From positions 1 to 64,000 of the IMG/VR virus record IMGVR_UViG_3300037486_000467: a stretch of 64,000 nucleotides of DNA. One strand, given 5' to 3'. The position numbers and the translations under genes are program-made. Below are positions 18,986 to 28,239 of the stretch, in pieces (the stretch's first letter is position 1; each line of letters begins with the position of its first letter). Origin of the DNA: a virus. The notes beneath the pieces were generated by a model. That model was not told where the DNA came from. It did not search any database and was given only the letters and a program-made list of their open reading frames with translations.

Positions 18986-19438
18986 GTGAAGTTAGTACGA
19001 GAATACATATACGAAAAGTTTAGTGAAAATGGAGATCCCATTAGAGATATGGGCATCGGATCAAAATGGGCGCGACTCGAACCACGCAAAAGCCTCATAA
19101 AACCCAAAACTCGTATGTTCATGGATACGATAAAAGCGTATGAGTATGATAATCGTAGAGATGGGTGTGAATTGAATTTCATTTTAAGTCCTAAAAAAAG
19201 ATATGTTATTCATGGAGATGATAGTAATTATGGATGTATCGTAATGACAGTTGAAGAAAAAGAGAACGGAAATCTATATATAGAAGCAATACCATTTGGC
19301 GAGAGTGAAAACGCACGTAAATACATTGAAAAATATAAAGGAGATAATTGGAAAGATTCGTTTGATTGGTTTTACAAAGAAGCGCCTATTGAAGTTTGGG
19401 ATGATAAATTTGATGTCGTAAAAGAAAACGAGAAATGA
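18986..19438 (+). CDS. Tagged single-module protein (paralog of 19836..20267)
   Basis: GTG start; shared NGNLYIEAIP and DWFYKEAPI. Confidence 0.85.
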   Translation: MKLVREYIYEKFSENGDPIRDMGIGSKWARLEPRKSLIKPKTRMFMDTIKAYEYDNRRDGCELNFILSPKKRYVIHGDDSNYGCIVMTVEEKENGNLYIEAIPFGESENARKYIEKYKGDNWKDSFDWFYKEAPIEVWDDKFDVVKENEK

Positions 19439-19839
19439 AGTTAGTACGAGAATACATATACGAAAAATTTACTGAAGTTAGTGATCCGATACGAGATATG
19501 GGAATTGGCATGAGATCACTAATTGATCAATGGTATAAAGAAACGTATCATAGAAAAAGAATAATGAATTGGAATAGAGAATCAGACATAAACAGTATGT
19601 TGTCTATAGTAGCTGCTACGGGTAGAACTGATTTCATAGATTATTTGTTAACTATTGGCGCAGATATACATCATAACGGAGAAGTTGCATTACGTAATGC
19701 AGCAGTTATGAATCATATTGACACGGTAACTCATCTAATAAAAAGGGGCGCAAATGTTGATAAAGCAATAAATAACGCAATATCTGAATCTACTAAAATA
19801 ATGTTAACAAAAGCAAAAAAACTATGTAGAACAAAATGA
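19435..19839 (+). CDS. Tagged ankyrin-repeat protein
   Basis: FIDYLLTIGADIHHNGEVALRNAAVMNHIDTVTHLIKRGANV. Confidence 0.87.
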   Translation: MKLVREYIYEKFTEVSDPIRDMGIGMRSLIDQWYKETYHRKRIMNWNRESDINSMLSIVAATGRTDFIDYLLTIGADIHHNGEVALRNAAVMNHIDTVTHLIKRGANVDKAINNAISESTKIMLTKAKKLCRTK

Positions 19840-20267
19840 GATTAGTTCCAGAACATATATACGAAAAGTTTAGCGAAGAGGGCGATCCTATACGCAATAT
19901 GGGCATCGGGTCAAAATGGGTGCGACTTAAACCCGGAGAAAATATAATAAGACCGAAAAAATTAATGTATATGAATAATGTAGTAGGTCAGAATCATGTT
20001 CGCACTGATGGATGTCAATTAGATCTTGATATAAATGATGATTTTAAATACAGAGTTAATATAGACTATCATAGTATTGTGATGATGGTTAAAAACAAAA
20101 AGAATGGAAATCTATACATAGAAGCTATACCTCTTGGTTCAAAAGATCGATGTGAATCATATGTTAAAACTGGTGTAATTAAATATCATTTATGGAAAAA
20201 AGAATATGATTGGTTTTATAAAGAAGCTCCAATTTCATTTTGGGAAGATTATTTTGATGTTGTATAA
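19836..20267 (+). CDS. Tagged single-module protein
   Basis: MRLVPEHIYEKFSEEGDPIRNMGIG. Confidence 0.85.
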   Translation: MRLVPEHIYEKFSEEGDPIRNMGIGSKWVRLKPGENIIRPKKLMYMNNVVGQNHVRTDGCQLDLDINDDFKYRVNIDYHSIVMMVKNKKNGNLYIEAIPLGSKDRCESYVKTGVIKYHLWKKEYDWFYKEAPISFWEDYFDVV

Positions 20268-20276
20268 AGAAGCGCG

Positions 20277-20987
20277 ATGAGATTAGTTCCAGAACATATA
20301 TACGAAAAGTTTAGTGAAAATAGCGATCCTATACGCGATATGGGCATCGGAATATTTAGACAAAGAATATTTGATGATGCTAATACTGCAATTGAATTTA
20401 TGTTGAATGTTCTGCCCACTATTCTTAAAACTGACGAAATACCTGACGATATAATTGTTTCAAATGATAGAATAGATTATCCAGCTTGGAGTTTCAATGA
20501 TAAATATGCTCAAACTATAGTAAAATATATTGCAAGGTACGTTAACTCTCACGCTAATAATTTAGAATTCAAAACAAAAGTAGTGTGGGAATTAGTATCA
20601 AATTTACACAAAAAGGGATATCCTGGAAACGTAAAACAGAATGATAATATAGATGAGAAGTTTGTTGAAGATAGCGATCCTATAGTTGATATGGGAATTG
20701 GATTGTACAAAAGTAAAGTAAATTTAAATTCTGAAAAAGAATTCTTTCAATATATCTTATGGATAATACCTAAGATACTCGAAACTGATGTTATTCCTAA
20801 AGATATCTTAAGTAAGACTAATAATGCTAGGCATAGATCATCAATTAGTAGTGGATATTTTAATGAAATTAATCTATACTTGGAAGAGTATGTTTCATAT
20901 AAAGGCATATCAATGGCGCTAACGAAATGCGAAATGTTTTGTTGGAATAGCATAGTTGGCACTTTTTTAAAAAAACAGGGATATTAA
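20277..20987 (+). CDS. Tagged 2-module protein (both IPxDI family)
   Basis: ILKTDEIPDDII and ILETDVIPKDIL. Confidence 0.85.
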   Translation: MRLVPEHIYEKFSENSDPIRDMGIGIFRQRIFDDANTAIEFMLNVLPTILKTDEIPDDIIVSNDRIDYPAWSFNDKYAQTIVKYIARYVNSHANNLEFKTKVVWELVSNLHKKGYPGNVKQNDNIDEKFVEDSDPIVDMGIGLYKSKVNLNSEKEFFQYILWIIPKILETDVIPKDILSKTNNARHRSSISSGYFNEINLYLEEYVSYKGISMALTKCEMFCWNSIVGTFLKKQGY

Positions 20988-21560
20988 ATGAAATTAGTTA
21001 AAGAACATATAAACGAAAAGTTTAGCGAAGATAGTGATCCCATTAGTGATATGGGTATTGGTAAACTTTCTTTAAAAGAAATTAGAAAAATTCTTAGAAA
21101 TGTTAAGCAAAAATTTAAAGAACTTTTGCCTACTGATCAGATAAGAGTTGAAATGTATTCATATTTTGAAGAAGACTTAGACGTTTATGAAGTTACGTTT
21201 AAACTTAAATCTGGTTATCATCTTCAAGCAACACTTTTTGGATCGCAAAGGGGTGTTGATAAATGGCATGAAGTGAATGCTGAAAGATTAAAATCTGCGA
21301 ATATTCATTCAACACTTCCCAAACGTATTGGCTGGGCGGTGTATAGATATTATTCTTCTAATAATAAAGCATACTTTGTTGAATTAGAAAACTATGATGA
21401 ATTAATAAAAGATATGATTAAATGTACGTTTTCTGGAGACTTTTTCGATGGTATGATAAATAAGGAAACTGCGTTACGAGATAGATTAGCAAAAAAATTA
21501 TCTAATGTTCAAATATCTATTGATTCAACAAAAATTTTAAAACAAGTTTTTTCAGAATGA
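20988..21560 (+). CDS. Tagged single-module protein
   Basis: Tag; resembles 5555..6067. Confidence 0.85.
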   Translation: MKLVKEHINEKFSEDSDPISDMGIGKLSLKEIRKILRNVKQKFKELLPTDQIRVEMYSYFEEDLDVYEVTFKLKSGYHLQATLFGSQRGVDKWHEVNAERLKSANIHSTLPKRIGWAVYRYYSSNNKAYFVELENYDELIKDMIKCTFSGDFFDGMINKETALRDRLAKKLSNVQISIDSTKILKQVFSE

Positions 21561-22324
21561 AAAGAGTTAAAGAATATCTTGTTGAAAAGTTTACTGAAGA
21601 TTCTGATCCTATTAGCGATATGGGAATTGGAATAGTATCTAAATTGAATGAAAAATTACCAGAATTAATATTAAAAGCTGACAAACAATATCTTCTTTGG
21701 TCTGTAGCAATAAGCAATAATGAAATAACTTTTCATTTTGATCATGCAAGACTTAGTACACACAAGGAATTTAGATCTGAAAAAATACTTTTACATACTG
21801 TAAAAAAAATTATTAATGATTTACATTTAAATACAGTTTTTTCAGATATTAAATTAAGCCCTCTTAAAATACAAAATGATGCGTATGGTAATTTTTCACG
21901 CGCACCAAAAGTTATTGGAAAAATAAATAAAGAGTTTCAAAGATATTTAAAAACAGAAGAAGATATTTTTTTAAATAGAAGTGCGTTGAATGATTATATT
22001 AATGAAAAATTTATTGAGAATTCTGATCCGATACAAGATATGGAAATAGGAAATAGAATTTCATGGGAAACTCTAAAACGTGGAGATGTAATATACAATC
22101 TTAATAGAAGTAGCACTGCAATCGTTCAAGATACTTTTAAAAAAGATGATATTTTATCAATAACATATGTACCCTTTGCGGGTGGTACTATCGAAGAACG
22201 CATAGAAATAGCAAAAAATTGGGAAAGATATATTGTTTTTATGAATAATACAAAAGAAATGAAAATTTCGGAATGGGAAAAACAATACAAAATTCTTCAA
22301 CCTTATGAATTTAAAAATAAGTAA
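21557..22324 (+). CDS. Tagged 2-module protein
   Basis: Two tags; module 2 WETLKRGDVIYN. Confidence 0.85.
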   Translation: MKRVKEYLVEKFTEDSDPISDMGIGIVSKLNEKLPELILKADKQYLLWSVAISNNEITFHFDHARLSTHKEFRSEKILLHTVKKIINDLHLNTVFSDIKLSPLKIQNDAYGNFSRAPKVIGKINKEFQRYLKTEEDIFLNRSALNDYINEKFIENSDPIQDMEIGNRISWETLKRGDVIYNLNRSSTAIVQDTFKKDDILSITYVPFAGGTIEERIEIAKNWERYIVFMNNTKEMKISEWEKQYKILQPYEFKNK

Positions 22325-22328
22325 TTCA

Positions 22329-22862
22329 ATGAAAATTATTAATGAAAAATTTACAGATAATGATACTGATGCATTACAAGATATGGGCATCGGAATAACT
22401 ACTATAATGACTAAATGGTTTGAAGAAGAATTAAAAATAAAACAACCAAAGCCTGATGATGCATTAGTAATTTGTGCTAGAAACGGAAAACTTGAATTTG
22501 TTCAATATTTAGTTCAACATGGAGCAAAGGTAAAAAGAAATGATTCTGAATGTCTTCAACAAGCAGCCGCAAATAATCATATAGAAGTAGTAAAATATTT
22601 ATTAAGTAAAAAATCTAAAGCAGACGGAAATGATAGTTTTGGAATGAGACAAGCCGCAAGGAATGGTAGTTATGAAATGACTAAACTTTTACTTGATGCA
22701 GGAGCAGATCCGAATGCTAAAAAAGGATTTGCGCTAAAAATGGCAAAATTATATGGACTCAAAGAAATAGTTAAATTACTTAAACAGTATGGCGCAGTTG
22801 AAGATGTTCCGCCTATAGTAAAAGATAGTATTGCTAATGATGTACCCAATACAGAATTTTAG
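22329..22862 (+). CDS. Ankyrin-repeat protein with divergent tag (last gene of the array)
   Basis: Start moved to ATG 22329 (MKIINEKFTDNDTDALQDMGIG); four clear ankyrin repeats. Confidence 0.88.
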   Translation: MKIINEKFTDNDTDALQDMGIGITTIMTKWFEEELKIKQPKPDDALVICARNGKLEFVQYLVQHGAKVKRNDSECLQQAAANNHIEVVKYLLSKKSKADGNDSFGMRQAARNGSYEMTKLLLDAGADPNAKKGFALKMAKLYGLKEIVKLLKQYGAVEDVPPIVKDSIANDVPNTEF

Positions 22863-22888
22863 TGTAAATGTTATAAAATTAATATGAT

Positions 22889-22904
22889 GAATAAATAAAA
22901 TAAA
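22889..22904 (+). promoter_or_regulatory. Putative late promoter, consensus RATAWATAAAATAAA (representative copy)
   Basis: Same motif recurs 5-40 nt upstream of starts at about 18959, 24270, 30386, 33258, 34763, 39724, 41747, 42660 and 46268 (+) and 61359-61373 (-); resembles the T4 late promoter TATAAATA. Confidence 0.6.
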
Positions 22905-22910
22905 AAATAA

Positions 22911-24251
22911 ATGGCATTACATAATCGTTATAATAATGAGGATATTTTATCAAGAGCAGTTGTTGCTGGAATATTAAACATTCTAAACAACAAAATTACT
23001 TATGAACAAGTGTGGAGTAATGAACAAATAGAAACTGTAATAATTCCTTGGTATTATAATATGTCCGGTGATGAAAGATTTATGCAAGATTTTTATACAC
23101 ATTATGCTGATTGTCTTCCGCCAAGACCGGCTGATGGAAATTTTGATATGATACCAAGAGGAATCATTTCATATACAGGATCAGTTATAGATTCAGCCCG
23201 TACAACTTCTCGTTATGTTCAGGGTAATTATCTTAAGGATGTTGGAGGGCAATTGCAAACATATCGATCTTTTCTTTATTATATTCCTTTAAATATAAAT
23301 TTTGATTGTGAAATATGGTTAGATACACAAATAACTGGATTAAAAGTTGAACAAGCAATTCGCGAATTATTTTATAAAACAGTTACTTTTTATGTTTATT
23401 ATAAAGGAATGAGATTGGGGTGTACAGCAGGATTTCCTGAAGATATTGCATTAGAAAAAAATATTCAATATTCTTTTGAAACCAGCAATAGCACAGTTGT
23501 AAAAATTAAATTTTCTATACAAATTGAAGCTTATCAACCTGTGTTTGATCCTACAACAGAAGTAAACGCCAATGAATACATAAGAGCATTAGGATATAGA
23601 ATTTTTAATAATAAAGAAAAAAGCGATGGCATTATTACAATAACTTCGCCACTTGATTCATCAGAAAATTCTCCGTTAGTTGTGCCTAAAGGATATTCTT
23701 TTTTAATAGAATGGGATTATACAAAAGAAAGCGCAATAATAAATAAAGTTGACGTTTATTGGATGTTACACGGAGAAGATATTAAACATGTCATAGAACG
23801 TTTTGTTCTCAATAATGAATATTATGTATGGAATATTCCAGAGACTTTCACTAATTTTAAACATCCTACTGTAATATGGAATGAAGTAAATGGTATTTCA
23901 ATTAATAGAAAGCCTATTATTAAGATAACTCCAAATACTTCTACAAATGAAATAGATGAAAGTTCATTTATGGTAGTTGATAGTGGATATTTTTTCTCTC
24001 CGGAGCCAGACATTTCAGTAGGAGCAATACTAGAAATGAAAAATATACAAGGAAGAATAGTTTATTCTGGAGATGCATCTCTATACTTTAATTTAAAAGA
24101 TAATAGAATAGATGAAGATGATCCAGTTGTATTGCCGTATGGTCCAATTGTATTTCCGGGAGAAGTAGATTATAAAATAATAGATATACAAATTGCTAAT
24201 AGTGTTAATAATGATGTATATGATGTTATCCAGAACATAAAAATTGTCTAA
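22911..24251 (+). CDS. T4 gp15-like tail terminator/sheath stabiliser with C-terminal beta-rich extension
   Basis: IIPWYY, MIPRGII, YIPLNINFDCEIW, KVEQAIRELFY correspond to gp15 VPITY, LPRI, PIKMIYELSIF, QIVEQILPYF. Confidence 0.65.
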   Translation: MALHNRYNNEDILSRAVVAGILNILNNKITYEQVWSNEQIETVIIPWYYNMSGDERFMQDFYTHYADCLPPRPADGNFDMIPRGIISYTGSVIDSARTTSRYVQGNYLKDVGGQLQTYRSFLYYIPLNINFDCEIWLDTQITGLKVEQAIRELFYKTVTFYVYYKGMRLGCTAGFPEDIALEKNIQYSFETSNSTVVKIKFSIQIEAYQPVFDPTTEVNANEYIRALGYRIFNNKEKSDGIITITSPLDSSENSPLVVPKGYSFLIEWDYTKESAIINKVDVYWMLHGEDIKHVIERFVLNNEYYVWNIPETFTNFKHPTVIWNEVNGISINRKPIIKITPNTSTNEIDESSFMVVDSGYFFSPEPDISVGAILEMKNIQGRIVYSGDASLYFNLKDNRIDEDDPVVLPYGPIVFPGEVDYKIIDIQIANSVNNDVYDVIQNIKIV

Positions 24252-24317
24252 AAAAAACAAAAACTAATAAATATATAAAATAAAATAAAAGTTATAAAAA
24301 TTAAATAATACGTGACT

Positions 24318-26573
24318 ATGATAACCAAAATTAATCAATTAAAATCACAAACAGCAATAGTTGAAGTTAAAGCATTATGCGAGTCTACAATAAATGCTAT
24401 TAGCTCTGCTATTTATAACGGCGTTTCAACTGATGCACGTTTAGAAATAGAAAGAGTTGCTCTAAGTAATCTTTTTGAAGGATTAGAAAAATATCCTGAA
24501 GATAAGATAATTAGCGAATGGTTAAGCAATCAAAAAAGGCTTTATACAGTTAAAAACTTAGGCATCAGAAAAGCTGTAAACTCTTTAATAGAAAAAGAGG
24601 CTAAGTATAATGATACACTTGCCGTTATTCTTGAAGATTTTCGCGAAAAACTAGATAATGTTCCCGAAGTTCTTTTGTATGAAGCATTTATATCGGCAAT
24701 ATCTAATTTTTCTCATCTTCCTGCATGCCAAACAGAATTGGGAGCAATAGGTGAAAGAGTTGACAAATATAAAAATGATGTAAACATCAGTAAGATAATT
24801 GAAACTATGAAATTGACTCGCAGTAATTATCTTATTCCGTTAATTGAAGATGTTGTTGATGGTTATCTTACTAACAAAAATGAACAAAGCAAACATATTC
24901 TTAAAGAAACTTTAGTTAAATTTAGTTATGATCCATTTATTCGTGACATTATAAACATCGTTACATTAGATGCAACAGAACTACAATTAGAATATGCAAA
25001 CGCAGAATGCGATATTGAAGATAGATTATTTTCTCCTATTATGTATTTAGGAGAAAATGAAGTATTATTTAATGTTAGAGGAACTTATTATGTTAAAAAA
25101 GGAAATAATGTTAATAAATTAAAGAAAGATGAAGTGATTGGTCTTAATGAAGACTTTAAAAATCTATGTGATCTTCTTAATCTTCCTAGTATAGAAATTT
25201 CTAAAAAAGATATTAAAGTATTTGTAGGAGAAGATAGCGCCGTTTTAACTGATTTAGAAACAGTTGTTAATGGTAAATCTTTTAGTTCACAACAAATTAA
25301 CGAAGCAACGACTGCAGCTGCTTGGGCAGGAAATGAAAGTTTCTATAAATTTATGCATGTATTAAGAGAAAATTTTAACGAAATAGCAGAATTAGATTTC
25401 GTTAAAAGAGTTTATCTAAAAGAGAATGAAAATTATGCAGCTGATGTATTTAAATTGAGAGATAATATATTCATTACAACATTTGATCCTATCAATAATA
25501 AATCTACATTTTATCGTAATATTAATCCTATACAGGCTGAAAAGATTATGATGGAACACATGAGATTTGATGTTTCAAAAACTTTTGAAGATATTCTTCC
25601 AAATAAAGAAAAGGTTTTACTTGAAATTGATGCAACTAAAAAAGAATATTCAAATTATATTGCAGAAATACAAGAAAAAATTAATACATTTAAAAATAAT
25701 TATGCTGTAAATGACGTTACATCTTCTGTAATTACTGCTCTTTTAGAAGAACTAGAAGAAGTTAAAACAGATTATAAAAACTATCTTAATGAAGTTGAAC
25801 AATATACTAATGTTGTTGAAAATTTACAAGTTACAGTTGGCGATACTAATACCGGAAAAACTTATACTGTAGTTGTTCCTACCGGAGCAATGGCTGCTAA
25901 AGGTGAACAAGGACAAGGAGAACCTGGAGCAGAAGGTGATCAATTTGGAACTGAAGTAGGTATGGCAAGTATGAAATCGCCAGATGGAGCAGGCGGCGCA
26001 GATGGTGCAGCTTCAGCTGTTACATTTGATGATGATCAATCAGAACTTATTAGTGATCAACCCTCAGATGAAAGAGATCAAGTAGATTTAGGCGCTGATG
26101 AATTAGAAGCTTACGCTGATAAAGTTGATGCTGAAGGTGAATTAGAAAAACCAGAAGAAGCTCCAGGATCTGCTAGCATGAGTTCTCCTGAAGGCGGAGA
26201 AGGCGGTGGATTAGGTGGAGAAATGGGTGGCGGAATGAGCGGAGAAGAAAACGCTCCAGGTGATGAATTAAATTTAGGTGATACTGGAACTGAAGGAACA
26301 TCAGAATTAGATATGGATAATTCTCCGGAAGGAGAAGCTGGCGAACAACCTGTAGCTGGAGAAACTCCTCCAGAAGAAACTCCAACAGAAGCTCCCGGAG
26401 AAGCTCCAGCAGAAGCTCCAGCAGAAGCTCCAGCAGAAAAACCAGAAGAAGCAGTAGGTCCTCCACAAAAGAACTTAGAAAAAACTAATTTTGCAAAAGA
26501 TAAAAATCCAAACGATTTACAAGAACCTAAGAAAACAAGAGTAGTTCTTAAAAGACCAAAAGCAAAAAAATAA
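24318..26573 (+). CDS. Large hypothetical virion/head-assembly protein with acidic Gly/Glu/Pro-rich disordered C-terminus
   Basis: Long ORF behind the late-promoter motif; helical N-terminus, coiled coil, EAPA repeats; ATG 24318 preferred to GTG 24312. Confidence 0.6.
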   Translation: MITKINQLKSQTAIVEVKALCESTINAISSAIYNGVSTDARLEIERVALSNLFEGLEKYPEDKIISEWLSNQKRLYTVKNLGIRKAVNSLIEKEAKYNDTLAVILEDFREKLDNVPEVLLYEAFISAISNFSHLPACQTELGAIGERVDKYKNDVNISKIIETMKLTRSNYLIPLIEDVVDGYLTNKNEQSKHILKETLVKFSYDPFIRDIINIVTLDATELQLEYANAECDIEDRLFSPIMYLGENEVLFNVRGTYYVKKGNNVNKLKKDEVIGLNEDFKNLCDLLNLPSIEISKKDIKVFVGEDSAVLTDLETVVNGKSFSSQQINEATTAAAWAGNESFYKFMHVLRENFNEIAELDFVKRVYLKENENYAADVFKLRDNIFITTFDPINNKSTFYRNINPIQAEKIMMEHMRFDVSKTFEDILPNKEKVLLEIDATKKEYSNYIAEIQEKINTFKNNYAVNDVTSSVITALLEELEEVKTDYKNYLNEVEQYTNVVENLQVTVGDTNTGKTYTVVVPTGAMAAKGEQGQGEPGAEGDQFGTEVGMASMKSPDGAGGADGAASAVTFDDDQSELISDQPSDERDQVDLGADELEAYADKVDAEGELEKPEEAPGSASMSSPEGGEGGGLGGEMGGGMSGEENAPGDELNLGDTGTEGTSELDMDNSPEGEAGEQPVAGETPPEETPTEAPGEAPAEAPAEAPAEKPEEAVGPPQKNLEKTNFAKDKNPNDLQEPKKTRVVLKRPKAKK

Positions 26574-26579
26574 AAATTT

Positions 26580-27218
26580 ATGGAAAACATAAACGAAAAT
26601 AATATTCAAGAAGAATATAAACCTTTAAATGAAAGTGTTCAGATAGGAGACGCAGTTAAACTTGATGGGCAGAAGGGATTTGTTATTGGACAAATTGATG
26701 GAAAAGTAATTATTCAGGTTCAGGGAAATACAAGTCTTGTAACTCCTGACAAAGTTAAAGAATATGGAAAAAAACCAGATCTTCTTACTGTTCCTCATAT
26801 GAAATTTGATGAAGAAACTCAAAAACTTTTATTTGAACAATTTGTTAAGTGCGGAGTTTTTATGGGTAATGTTCCTATTAAAATGAGTGATTGTTATGTT
26901 AAATACAATCAATGGGAAAAAGCAATGCCTGATCAACAAATAAAGGTTCTTATAGAAGGCAATACTGTATTTATGCCAAAATCACAGGTTAGAATATTTG
27001 AAGATTTAAATAATTTTGCAAATCCAGATAACTATATTCCGGGCGTTATTGTTGATGAACCAACTGAAATTGCTCTTGAAAATGTTTTAATTAACGCAAT
27101 AGATTTTTCAAATGCAATTGGAGATGCAGATTCTGTTCAAATTATTCGTAAAGCTCCAGATGGTACGCAAGAAATGCAGACAATGCCAAGAGCAGCGTTA
27201 AGAACATTATCAGTATAA
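26580..27218 (+). CDS. Hypothetical protein with KOW/SH3-like segments
   Basis: VQIGDAVKLDGQKGFVIG; N-terminal INE/LNE sites. Confidence 0.65.
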   Translation: MENINENNIQEEYKPLNESVQIGDAVKLDGQKGFVIGQIDGKVIIQVQGNTSLVTPDKVKEYGKKPDLLTVPHMKFDEETQKLLFEQFVKCGVFMGNVPIKMSDCYVKYNQWEKAMPDQQIKVLIEGNTVFMPKSQVRIFEDLNNFANPDNYIPGVIVDEPTEIALENVLINAIDFSNAIGDADSVQIIRKAPDGTQEMQTMPRAALRTLSV

Positions 27219-27221
27219 CAT

Positions 27222-27656
27222 ATGTCAGAGTCGCCAAAATCAGTTAAAACGTTTTTAGAACTTTTTAAGAGTTACTGGGGCTATTTTATGACTCTATTAG
27301 CTGCTGTTACTTTTATTTGGACATTAGGCGTAAAATCAGAAAAAAAGAATATTGAAAAAGGATCTCTGCAAAAAGATGTAATCCAAATAAAGGAAACACA
27401 AAAAGTACAAGGAAAAAATATAGATTCATTATTAAATATTGTTACTGATGTAAAAGAAAGCCAAGTAGAAGTGTTAGATAATCAAAATGCTTTACGTAAT
27501 TCATATGTTAAATACGTTGTTAATGATAAAAGTTTAACAACAAAACAATTTTTAGAATATATGGAAGGATTAGAGTTTCAATTACAACCACTAAAAAGTG
27601 TAGTTGACACTACAGGTAAAAATTACAAAATATCTGTTAAAAAGAAAGATGAGTAA
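27222..27656 (+). CDS. Membrane-anchored coiled-coil protein
   Basis: One N-terminal hydrophobic helix followed by heptads. Confidence 0.65.
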   Translation: MSESPKSVKTFLELFKSYWGYFMTLLAAVTFIWTLGVKSEKKNIEKGSLQKDVIQIKETQKVQGKNIDSLLNIVTDVKESQVEVLDNQNALRNSYVKYVVNDKSLTTKQFLEYMEGLEFQLQPLKSVVDTTGKNYKISVKKKDE

Positions 27657-27802
27657 TGACAGTTAGCGAATTTGAAAAAATATTAGACAAAGATAAGCCT
27701 AAAAAGAAATGTTACAAAAAGCAATATGTTATAATGTTATCTGCTGCAATAGTATTTTTCATCTACTTAGTTTACAATATAATTAATATAGCCGGAATTT
27801 AA
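27656..27802 (+). CDS. Small membrane protein, 48 aa (not in the ORF track)
   Basis: MTVSEFEKILDKDKPKKKCYKKQYVIMLSAAIVFFIYLVYNIINIAGI*; TAATG overlap with the upstream stop; followed by a terminator. Confidence 0.6.
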   Translation: MTVSEFEKILDKDKPKKKCYKKQYVIMLSAAIVFFIYLVYNIINIAGI

Positions 27803-27824
27803 AAAATAAATGTTAAAAAATATG

Positions 27825-27854
27825 AACGCGATAAAAACTTATCGCGTTTTTTTT
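27825..27854 (+). terminator. Intrinsic terminator
   Basis: AACGCGATAA-AAAC-TTATCGCGTT followed by a T run. Confidence 0.85.
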
Positions 27855-27888
27855 CATATAAAATAAAAATTTAATAAAATTTTAATTT

Positions 27889-28239
27889 ATGGCTACTCAT
27901 CATGTAAGAAACGCTGATTTGCGAAACGAAATAATAAAATCTAAAGAAAGCAACGAATTAACTAAAGAAGCATTAGATATGTTTATTCTAATGGCAAAGA
28001 AATTTTCTACAAAATTAAATTACATTTATCCAGAAGATCGAGAAGATTGTATTTCCTTTGCTATAATGGATTGTTTTCAATATTGGAGAGGATATGATCC
28101 AGAAAAATCTCAAAATGCTTTTGCTTATTTTACTCAAATAATTAAAAATGGATTTGCAAAAGGCTGGCGCAAAATTTATGGTAATATGCCAAAGAGCCGA
28201 AAAATAAGTGTTTCAAATAATAAAATTTACAACATTTAA
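27889..28239 (+). CDS. T4 gp55-like late-transcription sigma factor (short)
   Basis: HVRNADL, REDCISFAIMDC, YDPEKSQNAFAYFTQII match gp55-family motifs; adjacent to gp4/gp2/portal. Confidence 0.8.
   Translation: MATHHVRNADLRNEIIKSKESNELTKEALDMFILMAKKFSTKLNYIYPEDREDCISFAIMDCFQYWRGYDPEKSQNAFAYFTQIIKNGFAKGWRKIYGNMPKSRKISVSNNKIYNI

Larger units (their letters stand above)
115..22862 (+). repeat. Dispersed coding repeat (~55-75 nt, e.g. AATGAAAAGTTTACTGAAGATTCAGATCCAATAAAAGATATGGGTATAGG) encoding [ILV]xEKFTxDSDPIxD(M/L)GIG; 53 copies in 28 genes, typically 300-450 nt apart
   Basis: Counted by hand in the ORF translations: 44 copies in 115-17214 and 9 in 18986-22862. Confidence 0.97.

Noticed and set aside
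1283-22390. Short minus-strand ORFs in the array sharing IPISxIGSESSVNFS
   Set aside because: Simply the reverse-complement translation of the tag; fully overlapped by plus-strand genes
115-22862. CRISPR array, integron cassettes or DGR as the explanation for the regular repeats
   Set aside because: Repeats are degenerate at synonymous positions, non-palindromic, always in frame within ORFs and separated by 250-600 nt of coding sequence. No cas, integrase or reverse transcriptase gene and no attC-like hairpins were seen
115-22862. Eukaryotic giant-virus or endosymbiont origin suggested by the many ankyrin genes
   Set aside because: The T4-like portal, sheath, tube, gp55/gp4/gp2, bacterial sigma factor, tmRNA and overlapping operon structure identify a bacteriophage
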